NCBI GenBank assembly: GCA_027022365.1
Contig: JALVYU010000026.1
Coordinates: 416,001 to 480,000 of the forward strand
Source: Desulfurococcales archaeon
GTDB lineage: Archaea > Thermoproteota > Thermoprotei_A > Sulfolobales > Desulfurococcaceae
Direction of reading: 5' to 3'
Length of the DNA stretch: 64,000 bases
Part shown: positions 29,107 to 39,196 of the stretch, piece by piece
How positions within the stretch are numbered: the first letter of the stretch is position 1
Layout: each line of letters starts with the position of its first letter
The notes under the pieces: generated by a model
What the model saw: only the letters and a program-made list of their open reading frames with translations
What the model was told of the DNA's origin: nothing
Database searches by the model: none
Made by a program: the position numbers and the translations under genes

Positions 29107-30171
29107 GTGAGGGCTTTGAAGATATTAGAGAAGGATCTAAGGAAAGGTATAGTCAAGCTAATACCCGAGGATCAGGATGATATATGGCTACTCTATAATG
29201 TAATAACGCCGGGTGATCATGTTACAGCACAGACTACCAGAGACGTAAAAGTCGAGGGGGGCAACAGTCGACGTATACCAATGACTCTGACTATAAGGGT
29301 AAAGGCGCTAGAGTTCCAGCCTTTTACCGATAGACTAAGAATACGTGGAATAGTGGTTGAAGGCCCAGAAAGGTTCGGTGTTAAGGGGCATTACCATACA
29401 ATAAATGTTGAGCCAGGAAAACCTATAGTAATTTATAAGGAACGCTGGCCCGCACATATATTGAAAAGACTTGAGAAAGCCCTAGAGAGGAGGCCTAGGA
29501 TATTTCTAGTAGCCATTGACTATGATGATGTCGCCATAGCTCTCATGTCTGAGCAAGGCATTAAGACTTTATATGAGGAGGCATTGAGACTTCCCGGTAA
29601 GAACGAGCCAGTTGATTTCGACAAGATACTTGACAGGTTCTTAGATAGAATCGGTAAGATCATTGCAGAATATGTCTCTAGATACGGTGCTCGCTCCGTC
29701 ATAATAGGTAGCCCAAGCATGCTAAGACAGAGATTGTCATCAATTATCAAAGAAAAAATTGGAAACACAATAGTAATCAGCGATAATGTATCTATGGGTG
29801 GTATGCCTGGCATTAGGGAACTAATGCATAGAGATAGTGTTAAGAAAGCGTTGAAAGAAGCCAGTCTTATGAGGGCACAAGAGGCCTTGGCTGAATTTAG
29901 AAAGTTATTAATGACTAATGATAAAATGATCGCCTATGGGATCGATGATGTTGAACGTGCCGTCATGTTAAACGCCATCGACAAAATAGTTGTTTCGGAG
30001 GAGCTATTACGGACATACAATGAACATGAGCGGAGACGTATAGATAAAATCCTAGAAGAAGCATATAGGAGGAGGGCTGAAATAATCGTTGTTCCAAGGG
30101 AATCACCTATCTACTACGAGCTTGAAGGCCTTGGAGGTATTATTGCAATATTGAGATTTCCGATTAGCTAG
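29107..30171 (+). CDS. pelA: Pelota (Dom34)
   Basis: DDIWLLYNVI, EFQPFTDRLRIRG, GHYHT, GGIIAILRFP. Confidence 0.94.
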   Translation: MRALKILEKDLRKGIVKLIPEDQDDIWLLYNVITPGDHVTAQTTRDVKVEGGNSRRIPMTLTIRVKALEFQPFTDRLRIRGIVVEGPERFGVKGHYHTINVEPGKPIVIYKERWPAHILKRLEKALERRPRIFLVAIDYDDVAIALMSEQGIKTLYEEALRLPGKNEPVDFDKILDRFLDRIGKIIAEYVSRYGARSVIIGSPSMLRQRLSSIIKEKIGNTIVISDNVSMGGMPGIRELMHRDSVKKALKEASLMRAQEALAEFRKLLMTNDKMIAYGIDDVERAVMLNAIDKIVVSEELLRTYNEHERRRIDKILEEAYRRRAEIIVVPRESPIYYELEGLGGIIAILRFPIS

Positions 30172-30173
30172 TT

Positions 30174-30899
30174 TTAGAACAAACCGCTCCCATAGAGTTT
30201 TCTACGAACATGTGGATACTGTTTGGCTATCTTGTTAAGCGCCTCTTCGAAGCTCTCGTCTTTACCCAGATAATATTTTATGAAGACACCGGTTCTACCT
30301 ATCTTGTCTCTCCTACTAAGCACGTAAACACGTTCTAGCACAGTCTCGACACTTATACCTATTTTTTTGGCAACAACATTCTCATTACCTATGACAGGTG
30401 ATTCTCGATGCCCCCTATTAGTAGGCTCAATAAACACCAGTCTTTTATCTACGCCAGGGACTCTCTTGTTCTCGATAAGACCCTTAAGATCTAGGAGTCC
30501 GCCGAAAATATAGAACTCGTACTCTCTAGGGCTTAGTTTAGCTAATGGAAAGCTGATCATGATCCTGTCGTTGGGGTCTAGCGCAATATAAGCTTTAGGC
30601 GTGCTAGATGGGGTTGCTACCACTATGTATCTGTTCACAGGTTGTAGCCCCATAGATTCTATTGCTAATTCTACCTTGTAGCTAGGTAGAGTATATGGTA
30701 TGAATATATCAATGTCACTTTTGCTATGCACATCGCCCCTTGCAAGACTACCATGAACTATGGCGTTAATTCCATACCGGGCGAGGCCCCTAAGAATATC
30801 GATTGCTTCCCTTCTCAGCGTAGCTAGTATCTCCCACCGCTTGTCGTCGTAGATTACTTCGATATATTCTGGTGTTTTCTTTATTTTTGTTCGAGGCAA
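30174..30899 (-). CDS. Pol-beta-like nucleotidyltransferase (COG2413 type)
   Basis: HGSLARGDV..SDIDI; RVPGVDKRL; GRTGVF. Confidence 0.85.
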   Translation of the reverse strand: MPRTKIKKTPEYIEVIYDDKRWEILATLRREAIDILRGLARYGINAIVHGSLARGDVHSKSDIDIFIPYTLPSYKVELAIESMGLQPVNRYIVVATPSSTPKAYIALDPNDRIMISFPLAKLSPREYEFYIFGGLLDLKGLIENKRVPGVDKRLVFIEPTNRGHRESPVIGNENVVAKKIGISVETVLERVYVLSRRDKIGRTGVFIKYYLGKDESFEEALNKIAKQYPHVRRKLYGSGLF

Positions 30900-30963
30900 T
30901 TCTTTTTCCCATCTATTAATTAATGTGCTTCCTGCTTAGTAGATTTGATAGGTAGGTATTTGG

Positions 30964-32046
30964 GTGCGTGGTATGTATATTGGTAGTATCTATGACTTCG
31001 TGTTGTCTCTCATTAGTTTTTGGGCTTTATTGAATATTATCTATATTTCTAGGAAGGAATGGTTTGTTTCGAGAGGAATAAAACTATACTATGGGGTTGT
31101 GCTTATTTATAAGAAGCCATATGATGTTAAGCCATCACCCCTTATCAGTAAGGTATCATACGTGTCCATACCACTAGCATTGATCGGTATATACATGTTT
31201 TACTCAGCAATGATAATGTCACTAATCTCCAAACTGGGCGTGCTAAAGACAGGGGTTACGGTACAGCTATTGATACCGGGAATAAACATTACAGGGATTT
31301 TTCTCCTATACTTCGCAATCGCGGTTGTTATAGCGGCGGCAGCCCACGAGTTCGCCCACGCCTATGTCGCCAGAAGTCATAACATTCCCGTTAAGGGACT
31401 AGGATTTGCCATAATATTATTTGTACCGATAGCATTTACCGAGATAGACGAAGAAAGTTTTCCTAGGGCTTCGAAAAAAGCACGGATACTCACCTTGTCG
31501 GCGGGACCTGCAAGCAATATAGCATTGGCACTGTTCTTCATGGTTTTACTTATCCCTCTGGTCTCATCTTATGGTTACATTATAACTAATGTTGTAGAGA
31601 ACAGCCTCGCCGAACATATAGGATTGAAGCCTGGATACATTATCCTAAAAGTCAATGGGACCCAGGCAACACTCCAGGCTTTACACTCATATTTGGGTCT
31701 TAATAAAACAGTACGTCTTATATTGACAGTATATATTCCACAAAACAATAGTCTAGTTAACATATCATTCCTAAAACCAGCATCTACGCATCTACTTGGT
31801 GTGTATCTTCAAGCTTCTCCAGGCCTATGGCTTATCAAATCAGTGGGCATTAATATGGCTGAGTTCATAGTTGGGCTAGCACAATGGATATATTTGGTTA
31901 ACATGAGCTTGGGAATAATCAATATCGCGCCATTATTCATTACCGATGGAGGTAGAATAGTGTACGAGATAATAGGCAGCAAAACAGTTTCACACATTAT
32001 TAACATTCTAACGCTTCTAATACTAGTACTGGCGCTGGCTCCCTGA
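30964..32046 (+). CDS. Site-2 protease (M50) with PDZ-like insert
   Basis: HEFAH, AGPASN, NIAPLFITDGG. Confidence 0.9.
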   Translation: MRGMYIGSIYDFVLSLISFWALLNIIYISRKEWFVSRGIKLYYGVVLIYKKPYDVKPSPLISKVSYVSIPLALIGIYMFYSAMIMSLISKLGVLKTGVTVQLLIPGINITGIFLLYFAIAVVIAAAAHEFAHAYVARSHNIPVKGLGFAIILFVPIAFTEIDEESFPRASKKARILTLSAGPASNIALALFFMVLLIPLVSSYGYIITNVVENSLAEHIGLKPGYIILKVNGTQATLQALHSYLGLNKTVRLILTVYIPQNNSLVNISFLKPASTHLLGVYLQASPGLWLIKSVGINMAEFIVGLAQWIYLVNMSLGIINIAPLFITDGGRIVYEIIGSKTVSHIINILTLLILVLALAP

Positions 32047-32083
32047 AATTCTTTATAAAATCCCATAACCTATATCTCTAAAT

Positions 32084-32379
32084 GCCCGCGGGCCGTAGGT
32101 AGGGCTTCCACATAGGAAGCCAGAAAACCCTGTGCCCGTACACCGCGCCCGTTAACCCCCCGCCCAGCAATGAACCCCGCCCCGTGGGGCTGGCGGTGGC
32201 GGAGCCCTCTCTGGAGGGAGGGGGTCAACCGCCTTAGCCGGGGGAACCTGGCCAGGCCCGGAAGGGAGCAACCTAACCCTGGCCGTCAGCGTTCACGGGT
32301 CACCGGGGTTGAGCGTGGGCGTGGAAGGGCTCTGACGGGAGGGCGGTGTACGGGCACAGTGGGGCTACGGCCCGCGGGC
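32084..32379 (+). ncRNA. ffs: SRP (7S) RNA
   Basis: Helix 8 GCCAGGCCCGGAAGGGAGCAACC; 15-bp terminal helix; TTTATAAAA TATA box about 25 nt upstream. Confidence 0.93.
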
Positions 32380-32405
32380 AATTATGCACCTATCGGTGTA
32401 TGATC

Positions 32406-33542
32406 ATGCATGACGATCCTGTAGAAGTGCTCAAAACATTAATCAGTATTAAAAGTTATTCTGGAGAAGAAAGAGAGATAGCGTATGTGATCAGGGATTT
32501 TCTCGAGGAGAATGGTGTAGATAAGGCATTCATAGATAGCTATGGTAACGTAATAGGGGTTCTTAGAGGAGAGGGTAACGGGAAGATCGTTTTTGAAGGG
32601 CATATGGATGTTGTCCCACCTGGTGATCTGGAGCAATGGAGATATCCACCCTTTGAACCTAAGATCGTTGATGGTAAAATCTACGGACGTGGAGCATCCG
32701 ATATGAAAGGAGCAATCGCAGCTATGATCAGCAGTATTACACTGATCACTAAACCCTCGGCTGACATATACTACGTCTTTGTGCCTTATGAAGAGATCGC
32801 CGAGGGAGTTTGTTTCTCCAGAGCAATTGAGGAAACACTAAGGATAACTCCTGACCTGGTAGTATTAGGTGAAGCGACAGGACTAAACGTCTACAGGGGA
32901 CACCGAGGTAGAGCTGTTATCAAAATAACTGTTAGGGGTATATCCGCACATGCATCTATGCCTGAATTAGCACTTAATCCGATAAACTCTTTGGCTGATA
33001 TAATCACGAGGCTTAACTCAATAGAATTACCTGTCCATAATGTACTGGGGAGGTCTACCTTATCGCCTACGATTATTAAATGCGAGCCTCAATCTCCTCC
33101 CATGATACCGGATCGTTGTGAAATGATAATCGATTACCGTATGATACCGTCTGAAAACAAAGAAGAGATAATCTCCAGGATCAAGAACGCTATTCAGCGG
33201 GTTGAGGGCTTAATAGGTGTACAGTACCTAATAGACCGAGCGAGAATGTGGACAGGAAAAACAATTACTATAGAGCACTACTTCCCGGCCTGGATATACC
33301 AAGGCGAACTAAGCCTGCACATTCTCAGTCTTATCAAAAAATACAATAGCAAAGCAATACTTGGATACTGGAGATTCAGCACAGACGGTGTGTACTCAGC
33401 AGGAACAAGGAATATACCAACTATAGGAATCGGTCCTGGAAACGAGGAACTGGCCCATAGACCAAACGAATACGTATCGATCAAAGAATTAGAGGCTTCA
33501 CGCAAAATCTATGCAGAGCTAGCACTTCAACTATTTCATTAA
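32406..33542 (+). CDS. M20/ArgE-DapE family metallohydrolase
   Basis: GHMDVVP, GRGASDMKG, YEE, GE, AHAS, STDG, AHRPNE; start moved downstream of the SRP RNA. Confidence 0.9.
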   Translation: MHDDPVEVLKTLISIKSYSGEEREIAYVIRDFLEENGVDKAFIDSYGNVIGVLRGEGNGKIVFEGHMDVVPPGDLEQWRYPPFEPKIVDGKIYGRGASDMKGAIAAMISSITLITKPSADIYYVFVPYEEIAEGVCFSRAIEETLRITPDLVVLGEATGLNVYRGHRGRAVIKITVRGISAHASMPELALNPINSLADIITRLNSIELPVHNVLGRSTLSPTIIKCEPQSPPMIPDRCEMIIDYRMIPSENKEEIISRIKNAIQRVEGLIGVQYLIDRARMWTGKTITIEHYFPAWIYQGELSLHILSLIKKYNSKAILGYWRFSTDGVYSAGTRNIPTIGIGPGNEELAHRPNEYVSIKELEASRKIYAELALQLFH

Positions 33543-33565
33543 GAGACTAGGAGAATTAGGGGAAG

Positions 33566-33672
33566 CGCCGGGGGCGGGATTTGAACCCGCGCGGGGAACC
33601 CCCCACCGGCTCTCCACACACCGTGCCGAGGGCTTAGCAGGCCGGCGCCCTACCAGGCTAGGCGACCCCGGC
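33566..33672 (-). tRNA. tRNA-Ser(GCT) with a 23-nt intron (33612-33634)
   Basis: Cloverleaf with long variable arm; BHB CTGC-TAA / GTGG-AGA. Confidence 0.92.
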
Positions 33673-33679
33673 TCCTCAA

Positions 33680-34936
33680 TCATACCTTTTCCGCACTAAT
33701 TGGCTTATAACTTTTCTTCGAGTATAGGCATAAGATTTCCGAAGCAATTGCTAAGAATACCGTTATCTGTATTATGTTTCTAATCTGTACTATCCACTGC
33801 ACAGGCGAATTAAGGCTCCAGGGGTTAAATACTAGTCCTAGATCTAGGAAAGACAAGACCTTTCTCAAATACAGGCCGTGAAACCATAAAAGAATAATGG
33901 ACGCATTAAGAACATCAGATAATAAGATGAAGATTTTCACCCTAAGCTCTCTCGCCAGGAGTAAAAGACTTGAAGCAACAATTAAGCCATATTGTGGTAG
34001 ATAAGAAATGCTAAATAAGATAGAAGACGTGATAACCAGCAATACTTTAGCGCCTAGCTCTCTTAATCTTCTACAACACGAAGATTTCACGTTTAATCCA
34101 AGTATAAGGAAAACAAAAAACATTGTTACGATGTAAGAGAGAGGCATAATATAATCCGGGCCTATTTTCGAAGTAAGGATTAGGAATGAACAGTTAAGGC
34201 ATGATGCAGGAAAATACCTTTCTAGAAATAATGTTAGGGATTTATCGTTAAGAAATAGCGACGTATACGACAATAAAGGAATAAAAACGCCGCCGATAAA
34301 ACGTCTCATCTGATCCCTTCTTTCATAATAAATGCTGTAAATGAGTAATGGCGCCAATACAGCCGAGTATGGATTCGTAGCGATCATAAGGCCTAGCACT
34401 AATCCTGATAGAAAATAGTATTTCTTGCGAAGAAAATATATGAGAAGCATTAAGAGCACTAGCCAGAGCATTGCCCAGCCATATATAACATATATCAGTA
34501 GCGATGGCATAACAAATAGGAATATCTTTGACTTAGTATCAACGGTTTTATCGATGAAGTAGAAATAGATCAGTAAAAAGATAAAACTGAACAATGAATA
34601 CATTATATAGAATATATTATATATGAGCTCAGGAGATAAATGAATATGAGCCATCAAGAAGCAAAAATATGTAAGTCTAGTAAGAACAAGCCATAGAAAT
34701 CCTATAAGGGGAGGATATGCAAACGGGTAATCAAAGTATGGGTTTGACATCAAGTATTTCTCAGCGCTTCCGAAGCTAGATATAGATGATTTGAGATAAG
34801 CAAGAAAATCGGTATAAATAGGATGAAAGAGCTCGCTACGAAATAAGATTTTCTGCAATACTGAAGGCATATGAACAACAAAACCAATAATCCAGATTAT
34901 CAACGATATAACTAATACCTTATATAAGGTTTTCAA
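33680..34936 (-). CDS. Multi-TM GT-C-type glycosyltransferase-like membrane protein
   Basis: YTDF...NPYFDYPFAYPP loop motif and about 10 TM helices. Confidence 0.6.
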   Translation of the reverse strand: MKTLYKVLVISLIIWIIGFVVHMPSVLQKILFRSELFHPIYTDFLAYLKSSISSFGSAEKYLMSNPYFDYPFAYPPLIGFLWLVLTRLTYFCFLMAHIHLSPELIYNIFYIMYSLFSFIFLLIYFYFIDKTVDTKSKIFLFVMPSLLIYVIYGWAMLWLVLLMLLIYFLRKKYYFLSGLVLGLMIATNPYSAVLAPLLIYSIYYERRDQMRRFIGGVFIPLLSYTSLFLNDKSLTLFLERYFPASCLNCSFLILTSKIGPDYIMPLSYIVTMFFVFLILGLNVKSSCCRRLRELGAKVLLVITSSILFSISYLPQYGLIVASSLLLLARELRVKIFILLSDVLNASIILLWFHGLYLRKVLSFLDLGLVFNPWSLNSPVQWIVQIRNIIQITVFLAIASEILCLYSKKSYKPISAEKV

Positions 34937-35032
34937 GCGGTTTCCACCAGATGTGGTTATTCTTTTAATTTTATTTTTTATGGATACGATTAATACTTTA
35001 CAGGCAAATTATGTTTTTGACGGTAGATCGAC

Positions 35033-36523
35033 ATGAGCAGAGATACTGTGATCGTGGATAGAAAAGAAAAGATAGCGATCACTATATTGCTCATCATAGT
35101 GTTGGCTGTTGCAGCCTATAACTTTTATTCATTAGATCAAAAGCTCACATCAGAAGAAATTAGCAGAGGTGGTAAGGGATATGTTTCTGACGAGGTTTGG
35201 TATGTTTCGAGTGCTAGGAATATTCTAGAAAAAGTGTTTCATGCTCTACCAAGATTCTATGGAGAACCAGGTGCGTCTATCATATATACTGTGCCAGCGA
35301 ATATGTCGGCTATTTATGATGGAGCTAAACTATGTAATATTAAAATAATAGATACAAGCTATGACAAAATCAACGCGTTCTATGTGCAGGCACCAACAAT
35401 AAGCTGTATAGAAAAATATGTTTCTTATTTGAAGAATAACGGAGTTCATATTACCGATGTTATTTATGGATGGCGTATACCGGACGCCGCAAATATCAAT
35501 AATTACATGAACTACGAACACCCGCCACTCGTGAAATATTTGATAGCTTTGTCAATGACAATATTTGGAGACTATCCGCTTTTCTGGAGGATACCTAGTA
35601 TTATAGCTGGTTTGCTCGTCATCCTTTTCACGTTTTTGGTAATGAAAAACCTCACCAAAAATGAGTGGTTAGCTCTTGGTGTATCTGCTGCTTTGCTTCT
35701 CGACCCTATCCTTCGCGCTATGTCGAGCATAGCAATGCTTGACGTATTCGTAGCACTAGCAACGGTTATAGCCGTGTACTTTGCCTCTAAGAAGAGATAT
35801 AAGCTGGCAATAATAACTGGTGTTTTCGGCTCCATTGTTAAGTTTAGCGTATTGTTTGTGATGATACCTATATCGATCCTATACGTAAGGGAAGCGGTCA
35901 AAAAGGATCGGAGATTTTCGACTCTCGTATATTCAGCTATTGAGGTTGTGCTTATTAGCATCGTGCTGTTCCTACTGTTTCAGATCACTGTCTCACTGCC
36001 GTTGATCATGTACACAGGTTTTTCATCATGGTTTCAACAATCAATAACTGGAGCTATATCCTGGCATCTATCCATAAAATGTAGTGGGCCCAACTGCCCA
36101 GTGTCGTCCACGCCTATAGATTGGTTTCTCGGCGTAAACTCGTTTGTACTATATTATTTTGAAAACAACAGAGCACTGCTTGCGCAGACATTATGGCCTG
36201 CATGGGCGTTATCATTGGTAATGTTTGTTCTCCTACTACCTGCGTATAGGAAGCACCGCGGATTTGCCTTGAGTTCATTATTTTTATTTGGCGTGCTTAC
36301 AGGCTATGTTTTAGATTATGTTCTTGGCGGAAAAACACAGTATAGCTTCTATGCGGTCCAACTTGTTCCCTACGTTTACATGGTTCTAGGCTTCTCGTTG
36401 TTCGATATAATGGTTTCAAAAGAGCGCTTCAAACAAATACTGAGAGACTGGTATGCAATACTTAGTAGGATATGGGATATAATACTTAGTATCCTGGTGA
36501 TCAAGCATGGATACGAGGAATGA
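35033..36523 (+). CDS. PMT/GT39-like glycosyltransferase
   Basis: YVSDEVWYV, NYEHPPLVKYLIA, WRIPS, AMLD. Confidence 0.85.
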   Translation: MSRDTVIVDRKEKIAITILLIIVLAVAAYNFYSLDQKLTSEEISRGGKGYVSDEVWYVSSARNILEKVFHALPRFYGEPGASIIYTVPANMSAIYDGAKLCNIKIIDTSYDKINAFYVQAPTISCIEKYVSYLKNNGVHITDVIYGWRIPDAANINNYMNYEHPPLVKYLIALSMTIFGDYPLFWRIPSIIAGLLVILFTFLVMKNLTKNEWLALGVSAALLLDPILRAMSSIAMLDVFVALATVIAVYFASKKRYKLAIITGVFGSIVKFSVLFVMIPISILYVREAVKKDRRFSTLVYSAIEVVLISIVLFLLFQITVSLPLIMYTGFSSWFQQSITGAISWHLSIKCSGPNCPVSSTPIDWFLGVNSFVLYYFENNRALLAQTLWPAWALSLVMFVLLLPAYRKHRGFALSSLFLFGVLTGYVLDYVLGGKTQYSFYAVQLVPYVYMVLGFSLFDIMVSKERFKQILRDWYAILSRIWDIILSILVIKHGYEE

Positions 36524-37202
36524 CTACAGAGTATTATTGCTAGAGAAAGCCATCGATGAGCTTGCAATGCGGATAAAGAACTGGAGTTTACCTTTTCCCA
36601 TCAATAAAGGGAAATTAGAGGAGATGGTAAAACAAGCTAAAAACGCCGTCTACAGGATAAAGTACTCCTTCTTGCCAACAAAAATTCTATTGAAATCTCC
36701 CGAAATCGGTGAGTTGGAGAAGCTTGGGAAACATATACGTGAGGAGCTATTCAAAAACTACACTGCCATGAGATCTCAGATTCGGCTCACTACTAAACAA
36801 AGACTCATCATTGCTGAGATCAAATACTGTCTTTGGATGATCATGGGTTTTCGTCGAAGATTAAGGTATGGTGATGAGAATCTTCCCGAATATGCTGTGG
36901 ACGTTATTGGTGTCGAGGTATTATCAGTACAAAATCATCCTTCCGCCAATAATCTTAAAGTACTAAAGGCTGGAACCGAGAAATTTGGCTTCATAATTGT
37001 TACAAATATAAAAAACATTAAAGCAGGTGAGGTACGTGCTATTGCTATCCTTCCTCCTCGGGAGTTCATGGGAATAATTAGTGAGGCCATGATAGTATCC
37101 GATGTGCTAGATAATAATATGAAGGGAAAATTCGTGCCTTATTCTATTATCAACTTGAATGAGTTGAGATCCAAAGTTATAGAGCTCATCGAGAGTCATT
37201 AG
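36507..37202 (+). CDS. Protein with a C-terminal EMAP/tRNA-binding OB domain
   Basis: HPSANNLKV...IVTN...LPPREFMGIISEAM. Confidence 0.85.
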   Translation: MDTRNDYRVLLLEKAIDELAMRIKNWSLPFPINKGKLEEMVKQAKNAVYRIKYSFLPTKILLKSPEIGELEKLGKHIREELFKNYTAMRSQIRLTTKQRLIIAEIKYCLWMIMGFRRRLRYGDENLPEYAVDVIGVEVLSVQNHPSANNLKVLKAGTEKFGFIIVTNIKNIKAGEVRAIAILPPREFMGIISEAMIVSDVLDNNMKGKFVPYSIINLNELRSKVIELIESH

Positions 37203-37253
37203 TTTTGGGGTTTTTAAATTTTTATGCTAGCATTCTTTTAACGGTGAAAAGAT

Positions 37254-37439
37254 ATGGCTGGAAGCATTGCAAGGATGAGGTTAATTACTGTTAAAATGCC
37301 CGAGATATATGTTGAAGGATTAGACGAACTAGTAAAGATTGGTCGGTATAGTAGTAGGAGCGAAGTAATAAGAGTAGCTGTCCGTGACCTTCTTAAGAAA
37401 GAATTATGGATACAAGAGGCAGAACTTAGAGTCCAGTAA
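37254..37439 (+). CDS. Ribbon-helix-helix (CopG/CdrS-like) regulator
   Basis: ITVKMP...[25 protein letters not shown]. Confidence 0.88.
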   Translation: MAGSIARMRLITVKMPEIYVEGLDELVKIGRYSSRSEVIRVAVRDLLKKELWIQEAELRVQ

Positions 37440-37445
37440 CGGTTT

Positions 37446-37916
37446 TTAGGAGATAGTTGATTTGATGGATTTTCTAGCCTTTTCTATTAATAACCTATAT
37501 AGTGGCTCATCTAGTTCGAGAACTCTAAAACTTAGTGGCGGCATGAAACCTGGGAAAATCCTGCGTAGCTCATTAAGTGTAATTGGGTAGTCATACAGTT
37601 TGGGATTAACGACCTCAAGCGCCATAGCGGCTCGAGAGCCTGATATATAGCTATAATCATCTCTCCCTAGCCCTGTCTGTGCAAATTCATTTAATTTACG
37701 CCAAACAGCGTTTGAATCACCAAATATGACTTTACCAACTGTAAACTCGCCAATTATCGCTCTTACACTCCCGCTAGCATAAACTATAATTGTGGAACCG
37801 GGTTCTGGTTTGAGGCCAAACCATTTCCTCAGCTCAAACTTCTTTATGCCTGCAAATATTCTATAGGCGTATTTAGGCCTAATACTCATCAAATATACTT
37901 TCTTTTCCTTCTCCAA
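37446..37916 (-). CDS. ASCH domain protein
   Basis: LMSIRPKYAYRIFAGIKKFELRK, YAS, GEF. Confidence 0.85.
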   Translation of the reverse strand: MEKEKKVYLMSIRPKYAYRIFAGIKKFELRKWFGLKPEPGSTIIVYASGSVRAIIGEFTVGKVIFGDSNAVWRKLNEFAQTGLGRDDYSYISGSRAAMALEVVNPKLYDYPITLNELRRIFPGFMPPLSFRVLELDEPLYRLLIEKARKSIKSTIS

Positions 37917-37976
37917 TCAAATCACCCAGTCTTCTCTACTTTTAAAACGGATTATATACATCTAGTATAATTCTAG

Positions 37977-38804
37977 ATGAAGAGGGTTGGTATTACTGAG
38001 GAAAGGATGATGACTGACACCAGGACTGATAGTCTCAGTTATGGAGATATAGTCTCAATATATATTGACGAGAAGAGAAACTTCGTCATACGATTAGTCA
38101 GAGGTGGTATTCTAGGCACTGACAAGGGCTTCATTAAACATGACCATATCATTGGTAAGAGTTTTGGAGAAACAGTATATACTAGTAGAGGTGCGAAAGC
38201 ATATATCCTGCCCCCTATTCTAATCGATAAACTCAGGCTTCTTAAGAGAACAACTCAGGTAATCTATCCTAAAGACTTGTCGTTCATGATATATTTATCC
38301 GGAATACGTCCGGGCTCACGCGTTCTCGAGGCAGGTGTTGGAACAGGTTTTCTGACCATAAGCCTTGCCAATTTCGTCGGCCCTAATGGTAAGGTATACG
38401 GTTTCGATCTAAATAAAAAAAGAATTAGGATCCTAGGGGAGGCAATAGAGATTCTAGGCTATAAAGATCGTGTAGTTTTAAAAGTAGGCGATGTAAGAAA
38501 GCCCTTAGATCTACGTGGTCTGGATGCTGTTTTTCTCGACATACCGGATCCATGGAATGCCTTACAAACCATCTATGAAGTGTTGAAGCCTGGTTTTCCA
38601 GTAATAATATATGTTCCCACAGTCAACCAGCTGGAAAAGACTGTCATCGCTCTTCGGGAGCATGGTGGATTCTTATCAGTGCATGCATACGAGTTATTGC
38701 TTAGAGAATATGATGTATCCAAGGGCGCGACTCGTCCCCAGACATTAATGATAGGTCATACCGGGTACATAGTTTATGCAAGAAAAGTGTTTTGTGAGAA
38801 ATAA
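37977..38804 (+). CDS. trmI: tRNA m1A57/58 methyltransferase
   Basis: TQVIYPKD, LEAGVGTG, FLDIPDPW, GHTGY. Confidence 0.93.
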   Translation: MKRVGITEERMMTDTRTDSLSYGDIVSIYIDEKRNFVIRLVRGGILGTDKGFIKHDHIIGKSFGETVYTSRGAKAYILPPILIDKLRLLKRTTQVIYPKDLSFMIYLSGIRPGSRVLEAGVGTGFLTISLANFVGPNGKVYGFDLNKKRIRILGEAIEILGYKDRVVLKVGDVRKPLDLRGLDAVFLDIPDPWNALQTIYEVLKPGFPVIIYVPTVNQLEKTVIALREHGGFLSVHAYELLLREYDVSKGATRPQTLMIGHTGYIVYARKVFCEK

Positions 38805-38819
38805 AAACGCTCTTCGATG

Positions 38820-39143
38820 CTAGGCTGAGCCTTCGTATTCTTTGGCTCTTTTGACAATTGTTTCCAAGGCTTTCTCATAGTCTGGCTGTAATGCCTCGTT
38901 TAGCGGTAGCTGTGATAGAAGAACACGTATACTGCCGTCATCAAATTCTGCTAATAGCTGTGGAACCCAAGCCATACCGTATTCGTCGGTATCGCCGTGT
39001 TCGATTAGGTAGACGTAATCTTCGTATTTCACTTCAACCTGAGCACCTAGTCTTCTAGCAGCTTCTTCCGCAATTTTTGTCCAAAGACTATGATATGGAT
39101 GATGCGTTGCTGTTACCAGTACTAGCTTCTTTATTCTAGGCAT
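38820..39143 (-). CDS. Conserved hypothetical protein (possible thioredoxin-like fold without CxxC)
   Basis: Clean ORF in operon; EDY...GDTDEYGMAWVPQL. Confidence 0.7.
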   Translation of the reverse strand: MPRIKKLVLVTATHHPYHSLWTKIAEEAARRLGAQVEVKYEDYVYLIEHGDTDEYGMAWVPQLLAEFDDGSIRVLLSQLPLNEALQPDYEKALETIVKRAKEYEGSA

Positions 39144-39196
39144 CCTTACACCTTATTTCATTATTTTCTTAGATAGAATTTGAAGAGATAGCTACA

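Noticed and set aside
32170-32403. 77-aa ORF and the extended N-terminus of the M20 peptidase from 32346
   Set aside because: They lie within the SRP RNA
33540-33700. tRNA-Ser as an integration site for a mobile element
   Set aside because: No integrase gene and no duplicated tRNA 3' end seen in the window
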